NCBI GenBank assembly: GCA_951406725.2
Contig: OX597818.1
Coordinates: forward strand, 134,168,001-134,232,000
DNA length: 64,000 nucleotides
Origin: Octopus vulgaris
Lineage: Eukaryota
Reading direction: 5' to 3'
Shown: positions 13,720 to 26,398 of the stretch, piece by piece
Layout: each line of letters opens with the position of its first letter
Position numbering within the stretch: position 1 is the stretch's first letter
Made by a program: the position numbers and the translations under genes
Notes under the pieces: generated by a model
The model's database searches: none
The model's input: the letters and a program-made list of their open reading frames with translations, nothing else
What the model was told of the DNA's origin: nothing

Positions 13720-14700
13720 ATACAAGATAAGTGTACATAAAGGAATGTACATAAAAAAGTGTACATAAAAAAGTAATGTTGTATAATAAGTAGAATATGT
13801 ATAAAAGAGAATATAAATACAAGTAAATATAAATATAAGTATAAATTAGATCTTACAGCTGTTTTGGCCATGTCGATAATTATGTCTCATTTTACCAATA
13901 TTAACCCTTTATGGTTGGTCAATATATAGATATAAATGAGACATTAACAAAAATATCACAAGACCTCTTCGGAGATTATGTAATATAACTCAGTCTACAT
14001 ATATACCCACATGGGTGTGGGTGTGTACCCACAATACAACATATATATATATATACATATGAGTGCATATACTCACACTCCTATACATATAAAAATATAC
14101 ACTTACATAATGATATAAATAAATAATATAAATTAGTAAACATATATATGTGTTCCACATTCAATGTCTCAGTTTTTCGACTTAATACTGTGATAATAAA
14201 CATACACAGATTAATACCTAGATGCAAATATACATAGTCAATAGTACATTATATTACTTCATAATAGTTTCTAAAGTGTCATTAAAGTTAGTATCAATGA
14301 TAACATTAATGGTATTGACAACGATAATGATACTAACTTTAATGATACTTTAGAAACTATTATGAAGTAATATAATGTACTATTGACTATGTATATTTAC
14401 ATCTAGGTATTTTTATATTTAACCCTATAGTCTCTTATGTGGTGGTTTAATAAAGTATGTGATTGAGTATTATCTGGTAATTGATATTTGATTTAGATGT
14501 ATTTCTCCATTTTCTTATCTTGTATTAGTAATTTGCGGTAAATCATTTTACCTTTGCCCATATAATACAGTAAATGAATTGATTGCATCGCAATCATTAA
14601 CATTTATGTATTAACTTTGTTGGGTACTTCACTAGCAGTATATTGGATATACGTTATCCCATAGAGGGTTGCATTTACAACCCCTATCTCAATTTGTATA
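13720..14700 (-). mobile_element. Penelope-like pseudo-LTR remnant with hammerhead motif and long palindrome
   Basis: AT-rich segment containing the degenerate hammerhead (13848-13977) and an inverted repeat with about 85-bp arms (14213-14411). Confidence 0.4.
13848..13977 (-). ncRNA. Degenerate type I hammerhead ribozyme motif
   Basis: Minus strand: AAUCU CCGAAGA GGUC [long hairpin] GGCC AAAA CAGCUG UA AGAUC. Palindromic stem III CAGCUG. The core carries U4>C and G12>A changes. Confidence 0.55.
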
Positions 14701-14726
14701 TATATTATATATATGTATATATATAT

Positions 14727-15772
14727 ATAAGGGACTAAAGCCATCTGAATATGGCTAGGGACAGGGCAGGGTGGTGGGGGTGTTACTGTTGCATTTAGCC
14801 CCAGGCGAACATCGACGTCACCAGAAAGGCTCGACACCGTCACGGTGCCCTTAACCTGCAAAGGGAGGTAATTCCCCGATGAAGCGGAAACCACACACGG
14901 ACCATGGTTTCAAGGTGTATTGCCTATCGTCGGCATGTGGTAGGCTTCCGCTTCCTCGACGAATCCTCACTCTGCAGGATATTCATATATAGATTTTCAA
15001 GCAAAATACATTTGCTGATTTCGAAAATCTGTTCGAAAGCAATAATAATTCTCTAAAAGAGATATAGACAGTAACTGCTCGATAACATAAGGGACTAAAG
15101 CCATCTGAATATGGCTAGGGACAGGGCAGGGTGGTGGGGGTGTTACTGTTGCATTTAGCCCCAGGCGAACATCGACGTCACCAGAAAGGCTCGACACCGT
15201 CACGGTGCCCTTAACCTGCAAAGGGAGGTAATTCCCCGATGAAGCGGAAACCACACACGGACCATGGTTTCAAGGTGTATTGCCTATCGTCGGCGTGTGG
15301 TAGGCTTCACCCCCACCACCCTGCCCTGTCCCTAGCCATATTTAGATGGCTTTAGTCCCTTATGTTATCGAGCAGTTACTGTCTATATCTCTTTTAGAGA
15401 ATTATTATTGCTTTCGAACAGATTTTCGAAATCAGCAAATGTATTTTGCTTGAAAATCTATATATGAATATCCTGCAGAGTGAGGATTCGTCGAGGAAGC
15501 GGAAGCCTACCACACGCCGACGATAGGCAATACACCTTGAAACCATGGTCCGTGTGTGGTTTCCGCTTCATCGAGGAATTACCTCCCTTTGCAGGTTAAG
15601 GGCACCGTGACGGTGTCGAGCCTTTCTGGTGACGTCGATGTTCGCCTGGGGCTAAATGCAACAGTAACACCCCCACCACCCTGCCCTGTCCCTAGCCATA
15701 TTCAGATGGCTTTAGTCCCTTATGTTATCGAGCAGTTACTGTCTATATCTCTTTTAGAGAATTATTATTGCT
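14727..15772. repeat. 360-bp unit in tandem (14727-15308) and inverted tandem (15309-15772) arrangement
   Basis: Exact 360-bp period (14731/15091 and 15309/15669), near-identical copies, flanked by (TA)n on both sides. Confidence 0.95.
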
Positions 15773-16178
15773 ATATATATATATATATATATATATGAAT
15801 ATATATATGTATATATATGAATATATATATGTATATATATGAGTATATATATGTATATATATATATATATGAGTATATATATGTATATATATATATATGA
15901 ATATATATATGTATATATATGAATATATATATGTATATATATTATATATATGTATATATATATATGTATATATATATATGTATATATATATGTGTGTGTG
16001 TATATGTGTGTGTGTGTATGTGTGTGTGTGTATATATATATATATGCGTATATATATATGTGTGCGTGAGAGTGTATATATGTCTGTGTGTGTGTGTATA
16101 TATATATGTATGTATACATACATATATATATATGTATGTATGTATGTATACATATATATATATGTATGTATATGTATG

Positions 16179-16217
<39 letters not shown>

Positions 16218-16299
16218 GTATGTATATATATGTATGTATATGTATGTATATGTATGTATATATATGTATGTATATGTATGTATATATATGTATGTATAT

Positions 16300-16341
<42 letters not shown>

Positions 16342-16343
16342 CT

Positions 16344-17203
16344 TAACCAGCTATCTTGGTTGAAGGAACAATTCTGAAGATAGTAGACAAGTTTGTCTAC
16401 CTGGGCAGCACACTCAGCCATTCTTGCTCCTTGGATGAGGAAATATCTTTCAGGTTGCAGAGAGCAACTAATTCCTTCCGGTTTCTTCAGTCTCATGTCT
16501 GGTCCCAACATGGCATCGCAAGGAGAACAAAAGTTGCTGTGTACCGTGCTTGTGTACTCACGTCGCTTCTCTACTCATGTGAGACATGGACTCTGTACAA
16601 ACGTCAGGTAAGGGTCCTTGAACATTTTCATCAGAAATGTCTCAGATACATTCTCAATGTTGGCTGGACCTCAAACATTCCAGACACACAGATCCTGAGG
16701 CCAGCTGATATCTTGATTATTGAGGCGATGGTACACAAGCACCGGTTGCATTGGACTGGACACCTTATTAGAATGGAGGATAGAAGGATTCCTAAGCAGA
16801 TGCTCTATGGAGAACTTGTGAATGGAAGGAGACTCCAGCAGAAACCAAGGCTGCGATTTAAGGACTGTGTCAAGTCCTCGTTAAAGGCTTTTGATATGCA
16901 GGACACTGACTGGGAGAACAATGCCTGTCATCGCCACAGATGGAGGAAGCAGGTTAAGGAGGGGATCGACACTTTTGAGAAAGCACGTATCCAGCATGAA
17001 GAACTTAAGTGAGCTGCGCGAAAGCGCACGGCTCGTATAGTGAATGGGGAGAGCTTGGTCTGCAATGTTTGCAGTCATGTATGCTTGTCAAGAGCAGGGC
17101 TCATTAGCCACCAACGGAGCCGCAAATGCAAAATATAAGCTAGTCCTAGAGCGCACAATGTTCCTGAAGGTCGGCAATGGTCTTGTTCGGTCACGAGTGG
17201 ACG

Positions 17204-17206
<3 letters not shown>
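16344..17206 (+). mobile_element. RTE-clade LINE, 5'-truncated, inserted in a (TA)n microsatellite
   Basis: VDKFVYLGS...LLYSCETWT...W.GHLIRM..RIPKQMLYGEL..G.R. After a TGA at 17010 the frame continues into [19 protein letters not shown]. (AT)n tail. Confidence 0.92.
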
Positions 17207-17246
<40 letters not shown>

Positions 17247-17359
17247 ATATGTATGTATGTATATATGTATGTATATGTATATATGTATGTATATGTATAT
17301 ATGTATGTATATGTATATATGTATGTATATGTGTGTGTATATATATATATATATATATA

Positions 17360-18690
17360 CTAGCAGAGATACCCGGTGTTGCCCGTGTTACATGCAATTG
17401 AAGAATGAGACTTTTCTGTTATATTTTCTGTAATAAACTGGAATATCTATGTTTTGAATTTCATCAAAATTGCAGATGAGGGTTCTTTCCCTCTTTACAC
17501 ACCCTAACAAATTGTAATCGTGCCACATGTATCCCATACTACTGATTTTTTATGCGCATATTCCAAAATTCCAGTCTTATTGAACCTGTTAAAAGGATTA
17601 TGCTCCTGAAAATGAAGGTCATGGAGCTGTAAAATATGAGAGTTAAGGCCCCTGTTGGGGGTGGGTGTCTTAATGTCAACCAGAGAAGTTGAATTGTTGA
17701 GAATCTTTTTAACTTGGGTCTTATATCTATTGTTTGAACTTCTTTGAAATAGTGAATATATGTTCACTGGGTTTGTAAAAGAGAGCAAAGCTACAGGAAA
17801 CCAAAAGACGAATGATCACAATAAGCAGTCAGCTACCCTACCATAGTCGTTACCACTCTCAATGTAGGATTCCTCACAATCCAGGTGACAGGCACAGCAG
17901 TAAGATGCATGACAAATCTATAGCAATTGGAAGGGCATGACCCAACTGAAATAAACATTAACAACTGTGTGATGTGAGGGCTAAGGAGAAATGAAAGTGT
18001 CACCTCTAGAGTTTGCAAATGACCACTATACTGATACCCAACTGGACAGAATAAATTTACAATCTATAAATGTCTTTGAATAACCAGTCACTCATCTGGG
18101 AAGGCCTTGAAATCAATGTTACCATCTGGGGACTATGTGTGACCCAGTGATAATAGAAAGACTGAAAGGAGGTCTGCGATCAAATAACTTTACTCAACAC
18201 TTTGCAACTAAATCAGTGGAGGCAAAGATGCCTCTCATTTACTTGACAATTTATGCACCACATTGCAGAAATCACAATGTAAGTGTATGTCAAAGCAAAC
18301 TGTTACACTGTTGTACCATTGAATTAGAAATAATGCTCCATCTTTTATGCTCGGGTGACCCTACAGCTTCCAAGAGTACAACTGTATTCGTCTTTGCTTA
18401 GATAAAATGACAAAATTGTGGGTGTTAAGTCCACATAGAGGGGTCTTTCTGTCTTGTAAGAAGATTAAATTTCATAAATATTACTTCATATGTGTCTAAT
18501 ATCTATGGTTAACATTTCATCAACAGCAAAAATATATGAATTGTCATGGGGGTTATGGCCCTTATGCATGGAATATAATTTCCAAATTTCATAAAGATCC
18601 ATTCAGTACTTTTGACCTAGTTTTGGATCATGAAAGAAATGACTAAAATTTGGGAGTTAAAGCCCCCATCAGGGTGTTATATATATAGAG
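17360..18690 (-). mobile_element. Old Helitron-like element with degraded internal sequence
   Basis: CGGGCAACACCGGG hairpin plus CTAG|T at 17360 on -. Probable TCTCTATATA start near 18690. Confidence 0.45.
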
Positions 18691-21001
18691 AGAGAGAGAT
18701 AGATCGATAGATAGATAGATAGATAGATAGATACAGACACACACACAAACAAAGATAAATTGATAGATACAACTATATATATATATGTATGTGTGTATAT
18801 ATATATATATATATAAAGCCTTGTGAGTGAATTTGGTAAACGGAAACTGAAAGAAGCCCGTTGTATATATGTATATGTATATATATATATGTGTCTGTGT
18901 TTGTCCCCCCCAACATCGCTTGACAACCGATGGTGGTGTGTTTACATCCCCGTAACTTAGCGGTTCGGCAAAAGAGACCAATAGAATAAGTACTAGGCTT
19001 ACAAAGAATAAGTCCTGGGGTCGATTTGCTTGACTAGCGGTGGTGCTCCAGCATGGCCACAGTCAAATGACTGAAACAAGTAAAAGAGAGAGAGTTGTTT
19101 TCTTATGTTAACCTGAGATATATACTTATAATAATTTGTAGATAATTGTATATCCATGGGTGAAAATGTTTTTGTCTATTAAATGTAATATTTTGTTGTT
19201 AATTGACTATGTGCTATTTATAATGTTCAAGCATTAAATTTCAGTACATTCAGCATTTTACCTCATTTAGTACTTTTGCCCATGTATATCAGTCATGATA
19301 AACATGTCAAATGTACTTATTTTGTAGTAAAACTTTTCTTACAACAAAATTCTATATCAGTAGGCCAAATATCAGTAAAAATGTATCAGAATGTTCCTGA
19401 AAAATGGCGGTTAATTTATTCATGAAATATATCAGATTACATTGTGTTTTATAGTATGTGAATATCAAAGGAGATGGGGTCATGTTTAGACTTGTCAAAA
19501 TATTTTATTATTATCAGAATATCATCTTATCACAAAACAAATAGCAGAAAACCCTGTTCAAATGATCTTGTATTGTATTGTATTTTTTGTAGTCTACCAT
19601 ACACTTGCTGTGATGGAAGCACTCCGTCGGTTACGACGACGAGGGTTCCGGTTGATCCGACCAACGGAACAGCCTGCTCGTGAAATTAACGTGTAAGTGG
19701 CTGAGCACTCCACAGACACTTGTACCCTTAACGTAGTTCTCGGGGATATTCAGCGTGACACAGAGGGTGACAAGGCCGGCCCTTTGAAATACAGGTACAA
19801 CAGAAACAGGAAGTAAGAGTGAGAGAAAGTTGTGGTGAAAGATTACAGCAGGGATCACCACCATCCCCTGCCGGAGCCTCGTGGAACTTTTAGGTGTTTT
19901 CGCTCAATAAACACTCACAACACCCGGTCTGGGAATCGAAACCGCGATCCTATGACCACGAGTCCGCTGCCCTAACCACTGGGCCATTGCGCCTCCACAC
20001 ACTTGCTGTACACTTATATGTACATGTAGTACACGTACACATCCATAATGTATGAGTAGAAAATAAATGGCTCCAAAGTTTAAACCCTTGTTCATCTTTA
20101 TTGTCACAGTGGTGATTATGACCCTACCTGCCTAGATTTCTACACGAAGCAGCAACATCCTTCCTAATGCCAACCACTTTACAGAGTGTACTGGATGCTT
20201 TTTACATGGCACCAACACCTGTGCTATTTATGTAGCATCAGTGTGCATTTTATGTGGCACCAGCACTAGTGTTTTTTACATGGCACCAGAACCAGTGCTT
20301 TTTAAGTGGCACCAGTACTTTTCACATGGTACCAGCACCAACAAGGTTGCCAAGTACTGTGCAAGACAAGAAGCCCTCAACAGCGAGGTGGGGAGTAGTT
20401 TTGATGGGGTGTGGCTTTGTACCAAATGAAAAGTTTAAGGTATAGAGGGGGCAAGTTTATATTCTAAAAGTGGGGATAAAGGAATGCTAAGATTTTTCAT
20501 TTCTTCATGTACAAAGGTTATGGGGTTTGTAAGATGATAGCACAACTATACAGTTTACAACAAATACTGTTTGAATCTTGCAAATAATGTTGCAGGATTT
20601 TTATGCCTTATATGATATACATATACATACATACATATATATATATATTATCTTTTATTAAACTTTTAATACTTTTGATATATATTTTAAAAAAATATAT
20701 AAATAAATAAATAAATTAATTAATTAATTAATTAATAAATATAAAAATATACATACATACACATATATATATATTTGTATATATATATATATATAAAATT
20801 TATAAGTTTAAATTATTTAAATAATTTTTTATTTTTAACTCAATTTTATGTATTGGCTTATGTTTTTCACTGTTTGATTTGCCTAATAGTGGTTTTATCT
20901 CTAATTTAATTTAATATAATATAATATAATATATTTATACTATAAAATTGGATTTAATCCTAAATCTCATTTTTCCCTGTAAGTTTGGAATTATTCCCTA
21001 A

Positions 21002-21037
<36 letters not shown>

Positions 21038-21479
21038 TACACACACACATTGGTTATTGGAAATGAAGGATCACTCGAGCAATGTGAAGACAAGGAGACA
21101 AACATACATGCACTCATAGTCACACATATACACACATACCCTCTCTTTCTCTCTCTCACACACACACAGGTGAAGGCATGTGGCCTAATGGTTAAGGTGT
21201 TGCACTCACAATCTCAAGATTGTGGCTTCAATTCCCAGACTGGCAGCGTTGTAGATACAATTGGTACCCAGTTTGACTTACGTGTTTATTTCATTTATAT
21301 TAAATTTAATCCATTGTGCACTCTCCTATTCTTCACTTTATACTACGATAGTTATTTTATTTACCTTCATCTCTGAAATCATTATTTTCTTCCCCAGTTC
21401 TAAAATTATCATTAATGTGAACTTCATATAACAAATACCAGCTTCCACAATTCATTATATCACTCTACATAATGCTTCA

Positions 21480-22680
21480 AATTCCAGCTACCTTAGAAGA
21501 TAGTTTTTGTGTGTGGCAAATGCTCAGGGGCAATAAACACTGAAAATGTGCAGAGAACAACTTCTGCCACATTCCAGGGAGAAAAACTTAGAAGTAGTTG
21601 ACAGCTTTCGTTACCTAGGTGACCAAGTCAGTTGCGAATATGGATGCTCTGAGAGTGTAGCTGCTAGGATAAGAATAGCCTGGGCAAAGTTCAGAGACCT
21701 CCTACCTCTGCTGGTGACAAAGAGCCTCTCGCTCAGAGTGAAAGGTAGACTGTATGACGCATGTGGTTGAACAGCCTTCCTACATGGCAGTGAAACATGG
21801 GCTGTGACTGCTGAGGACATGCGTAAACTTGCAAGTAATGAAGCTAGTATGCTCTGCTGGATGTGTAATGTCAGTGTGCATACTTGACAGAGTGTAAGAA
21901 AAGAAGCATCAGATGTGGTGTGCGAAAGAGACAACTGTGCTGGTATGGTCATGTGTTGCATATAGATGAGGACAGTTGTGTAAAAAAGCACCACACTCTA
22001 ACAGTAGAGGGAACCTGTGGAAGAGGTAGACCCTGGTAGACTTGGGATGAGGTGGTGAAGCACAACCTTCAAATGTTCGGCCTCATGGAGGCGATGACAA
22101 GTGATTGATACCTTTGGAGATATGCTGTGCTTGAGAAGAACCAGCAAGCCAAGTGAGATCATAACTGTGACTTATGCCAGTGCAGCATAACCGGCCCATT
22201 TGAGACTACCCTTCAATCATTGGGTAATAAACTGCACTTGCAAACACGTGTTGAGTCAAGTGAAGTCATTGTCATGGCCGATGACATTACTGCCTGATTG
22301 GCACCCATACCAGTGGTATGTAAAAAGCACCATTTGAGCGTGTTCGAATCCAGTACCACCTAACTAGTCCTGTGCCAGTGGCACGTAAAAAGCACCATTC
22401 GAGTTTGGTCGATGCCAGTGCTGGCTGACTGGTCCCGTACCAGTGGCACATAAAAAGCACCATTTGAGTGTGGTTGTAACAAGCACTATTCAAGCGTGCT
22501 GGTGGCATGTAAGAAGCACCCACTACACTCTGAGTGGTTGGTGTTAGGAAGGGCATCCAGCTGTAGAAACTTTGCTAGATCAGATTGGAGCCTGGTGCAG
22601 CCTTCTGACTTGCCAGCCCTCAGTCAAACTGTCCAACCCATGCCAGCATGGAAAGAGAACATTAAACGATGATGATAATG
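21480..22680 (+). mobile_element. RTE-like LINE 3' part with tandem-repeat 3' UTR and (GAT)n tail
   Basis: LEVVDSFRYLGD...ARIRIAWAKFRDLLPLL and RGRP.KTW remnants, GTGGCACGTAAAAAGCACC repeats, and a GGAAGGGCATCCAGCTGTAGAAA motif. Confidence 0.85.
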
Positions 22681-23986
22681 AGGATTTGAGCATACACTTA
22701 TTGATATTGTCAGTTAATATACCAATTTTAAAATATTACTGTTTACTATATTATGCTACTTTTATACTCAAATTAATCCATACTCATATAGTTTTTATTT
22801 AATTTGTAATTTTAAGTATTAAATCTTCATTCTTACAATACATTAATTATTCAGGTAGCTATCAACAATTGTGTACATTTAAAGTGTACTCACTGCCCTC
22901 ATCAAATACGCTATAGTCTATAAATATTTTCCTATCAACTGAACAAATCCCGTATATCCACCACTGTAACCTAAATTCTGTCGTAATAAGATGATTTATA
23001 ATCCATTATTCCATCATAATAAGATGATTTATAACACTTTATCTTTTCCTTAACCTCTCTTTCCTCTTCTATTTAGCTTAACCCTTTCTTATCTACACAC
23101 ATTACACTGACCAACCCACTACACAGCCAGTTATTCTTAAATATACTTTATTTTGGTAACTTATCACTCTACTCTGAAATTTAAGGGTTCCACCCCATAC
23201 TGCCCCCTCTGGCTAGTCTAGCTAACTAACAAGTCCAATTATTCACCCCTCTGCTATTGCAATTCTACACACTGTCTCATCCACACCATCCTCCTTAGTA
23301 TACAATAAGTCCGCAACTACATTGGGATATGGAAGCACTCCGTCGGTTACGACGATGAGAGTTCCGGTTGATCCGACCATTTTTAATTGTTAACATCCAA
23401 ATGGATCACTCAAGTATTTGCTGAAAAATCAATACTTCATTGATTGTTGCTAGCAAACATTAATGTATGTTTGTTTGTGTGTTTGTATGTGTGTGGTGGA
23501 AGCGCTCTGTCGGTTACGACGATGAGGGTTCCGGTTGATCCGAATCAACGGAACAGCCTACTCGTGAAATTAACGTGTAAGTGGCTGAGCACTCCACAGA
23601 CACGTGTACCCTTAACGTAGGTCTCGGGGATATTCAGCGTGACACAGAGAGTGACAAGGCCGGCCCTTTGAAATACAGGTACAACAGAAACAGGAAGAAA
23701 GAGTGAGAGAAAGTTGTGGCGAAAGAGTACAGCAGGGATCACCACCATCCCCTTAAAACATCATAACAGTTAGTCAAAGTCCTTTCATTGCCATTCACAA
23801 TCTCTTCAATGACATGCCCTCTCTCTTCAAGGTTTGCCCTGGGCCTTATTTTCATCTCTTTAAGTTTGGTACTTATTTTATTGGGCTCTTTTGACAAACC
23901 ACTAAGTTACAGGTATGTAAACACATCAACACTGGTTGTGAAGCAGTGGTGGTGGGGACAAACACAGACACCAAGATGCACACACA

Positions 23987-24021
<35 letters not shown>

Positions 24022-24381
24022 CAGGAGTGGCTGTGTGGTAAAAAGCTTGCTTCCCAACCACATGGTTCCGGGTTCAGTCCCACTGTCTGGCACCAGCCAA
24101 AGCCTTGTGAGTGAATTTGGTAGACGGAAACTGAAAGAAGCCTGTTGTGTGTGTGTGTGTGTGTGTGTGTGTATTTGTGTGTGTTTGTTCCCCCACCATC
24201 GCTTGACAGTCGATATTGGTGTGTCTATGCCCCCGTAACTTAGCAGTTCGGCAAAAGTCACTGGTAGAATAAGTATTAGGCTTACAGAGAAGAAGTCCTG
24301 TGGTTGATTTGTTCAATTAAAGGTGGTGCTCCAGCATGACTGCAGTCAAAATGACTGGAACAAGTAAAAGAATAAAAGAAT

Positions 24382-24434
<53 letters not shown>

Positions 24435-24833
24435 CGCAGGAGTGGCTGTGTGGTAAGTAGCTTGCTAACCAGCCACATGGTTCCGGGTTCAGTCCCACTG
24501 CGTGGCATCTTGGGCAAGTGTCTTCTGCTATAGCCCTGAGCCGACCAATGCCTTGTGAGTGGATTTGGTAGACGGAAACTGAAAGAAGCCCGTCGTATAT
24601 ATGTATATATATGTATATGTATGTATGTGTATGTGTTTGTGTGTCTGTGTTTGTACCCCTAGCATTGCTTGACAACCGATGCTGGCGTGTTTACGTCCCC
24701 GTAACTTAGCGGTTCAGCAAAAGAGACCGATAGAATAAGTACTGGGCTTACAAAGAATAAGTCCCGGGGTCGAGTTGCTCGACTAAAGGTGGTCTCCAGC
24801 ATGGCCACAATCAAATGACTGAAACATGTAAAA

Positions 24834-24882
<49 letters not shown>

Positions 24883-25292
24883 AGGTTCAATCCCCCTGAT
24901 GGAGAGGATTCATCAGCAAGAATTCTGTACTGGTGCCACATAAAAGGCACTTGTGGCACTGTTACATTTAAGTGCCTGTTTAATGCCATTTAAAAGTGCC
25001 CACGAGGTGCCACGTAAAAGCATCTGTGTGGAGCCACATAAAAGTGCCCGTGTGGTGCCATGTAAAATGTAATGATATATATATACGTAATGATATATGT
25101 AATGATATATATACGACAAGCTTCTTTCAGTTTCCATTTATGAAATCCACTCACAATTGCTTTGGTTGCTCATGGCTCTTGTAGAAGACACTTACCCAAG
25201 GTACGATGCCATGGGAGTGAACCTGGAACCATGTGGTTGGGTAGCAAACTTCTTTACAACACAGCCATGCCTGATGTATATATGTATGTATG

Positions 25293-25358
<66 letters not shown>

Positions 25359-25371
25359 CATACATATATAT

Positions 25372-25427
<56 letters not shown>

Positions 25428-25438
25428 TACATATACAT

Positions 25439-25492
<54 letters not shown>

Positions 25493-25524
25493 GTATATAT
25501 ATACACATATATAATATATACATA

Positions 25525-25555
<31 letters not shown>

Positions 25556-26128
25556 ATATATATATATACATATATAGACCCCAGCACAGAAATTACCATT
25601 TTAAGTCTGGTATTTATTCTATCAGCCCCTTTTGCTGAACTACTAAGTTACAGGGATGTAAACAAACCAATACTGGGCTATCAAACAGTAGCAGGGACAA
25701 ACTCAGAACACACACACACACACGCATGATGAATTTCCACACTTTCTACCTACTAAATTCACTCACAAGGAATTGGTCATTCTAGGGCTTTAGTAGAAGG
25801 CACTTACCCAGGGTGTCATGCAGTGGGACTGAACCCCCAAACCGCATGACTGCAAAACAAATTTCTTAATTACACAGTTATGTCTCCTCAAATTTTCTCC
25901 CTGCTTATTTTTTTTTTCTTGCCGCTGTCAGCTTGCAGCAGTTCCTGTAGATCATTGACAACATTGATGTAACCAGTCTCAGAGAACCTATGAAAGCTAT
26001 GGACACCTCTTTCTTTGGATAAAATAATTTTTAAGGAAAAAAATTCCTGCTTTGCTGTTGTAATATAAACATTTCTCAGTGATGCTGTTTGAAGTATATA
26101 TTAATTGTTTTATTTGTGTAATTCATAG

Positions 26129-26398
26129 TTTTTCCGGAGTTCTGAATTACTGAAGAGAAAAGATATTGACACAGGTGAAGGAAATTCAGGGAATTTCCTG
26201 AACAATAGTTTGCATGGATCTGATGAGAGATTACTGAAAACTGAGGATGATACCAGTTATGCGAGCCGATACCAGAAGATGCGCAATGCAGACTTTAAGT
26301 ATAAAGTGTACACAGTTGATGATTACAGAAAAATGCAGAAAGAAGTGAAGTTAGGAAGACTCGGACCTGATCTTGATAGTGAGAACTTGAAAGAAAAG
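26129..26398 (+). CDS. JHY: JHY-like coding exon 2 (FFRSSELL...YKVYTVDDYRKMQKEVKLGRLGPDLDSENLKEK)
   Basis: Acceptor ttcatag, donor AAG|GTGAGA, 270 nt, phase 0/0. The YK.YT..DY...VKLG.LGPD motif matches the recalled JHY C-terminal domain. Confidence 0.9.

Noticed and set aside
14876-14892. CCGATGA-AGCG-GAAAC in the 360-bp unit as a hammerhead core
   Set aside because: U4 is missing, no stem II can form, the inverted copy varies at this spot (CTCGATGA), and the segment pairs better with TTCCGCTTC.
14604-15798. Three repeated ORFs MVSASSGNYLPLQV...
   Set aside because: They are products of the 360-bp repeat, with GTG starts, no recognisable domain, and ends running into microsatellite.
15743-16511. 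Long YI/HT/CV-rich ORFs here and at about 4.5, 9.5, 13.4, 25.2 and 33.2 kb
   Set aside because: Stop-free translations of dinucleotide microsatellites.
22300-22525. GTGGCACGTAAAAAGCACC repeats with variable spacers as a CRISPR-like array (also 42110-42250, 28400-28540, 38730-38990)
   Set aside because: Eukaryotic context, mutually similar spacers and no cas genes. These are tandem repeats in an RTE 3' UTR.
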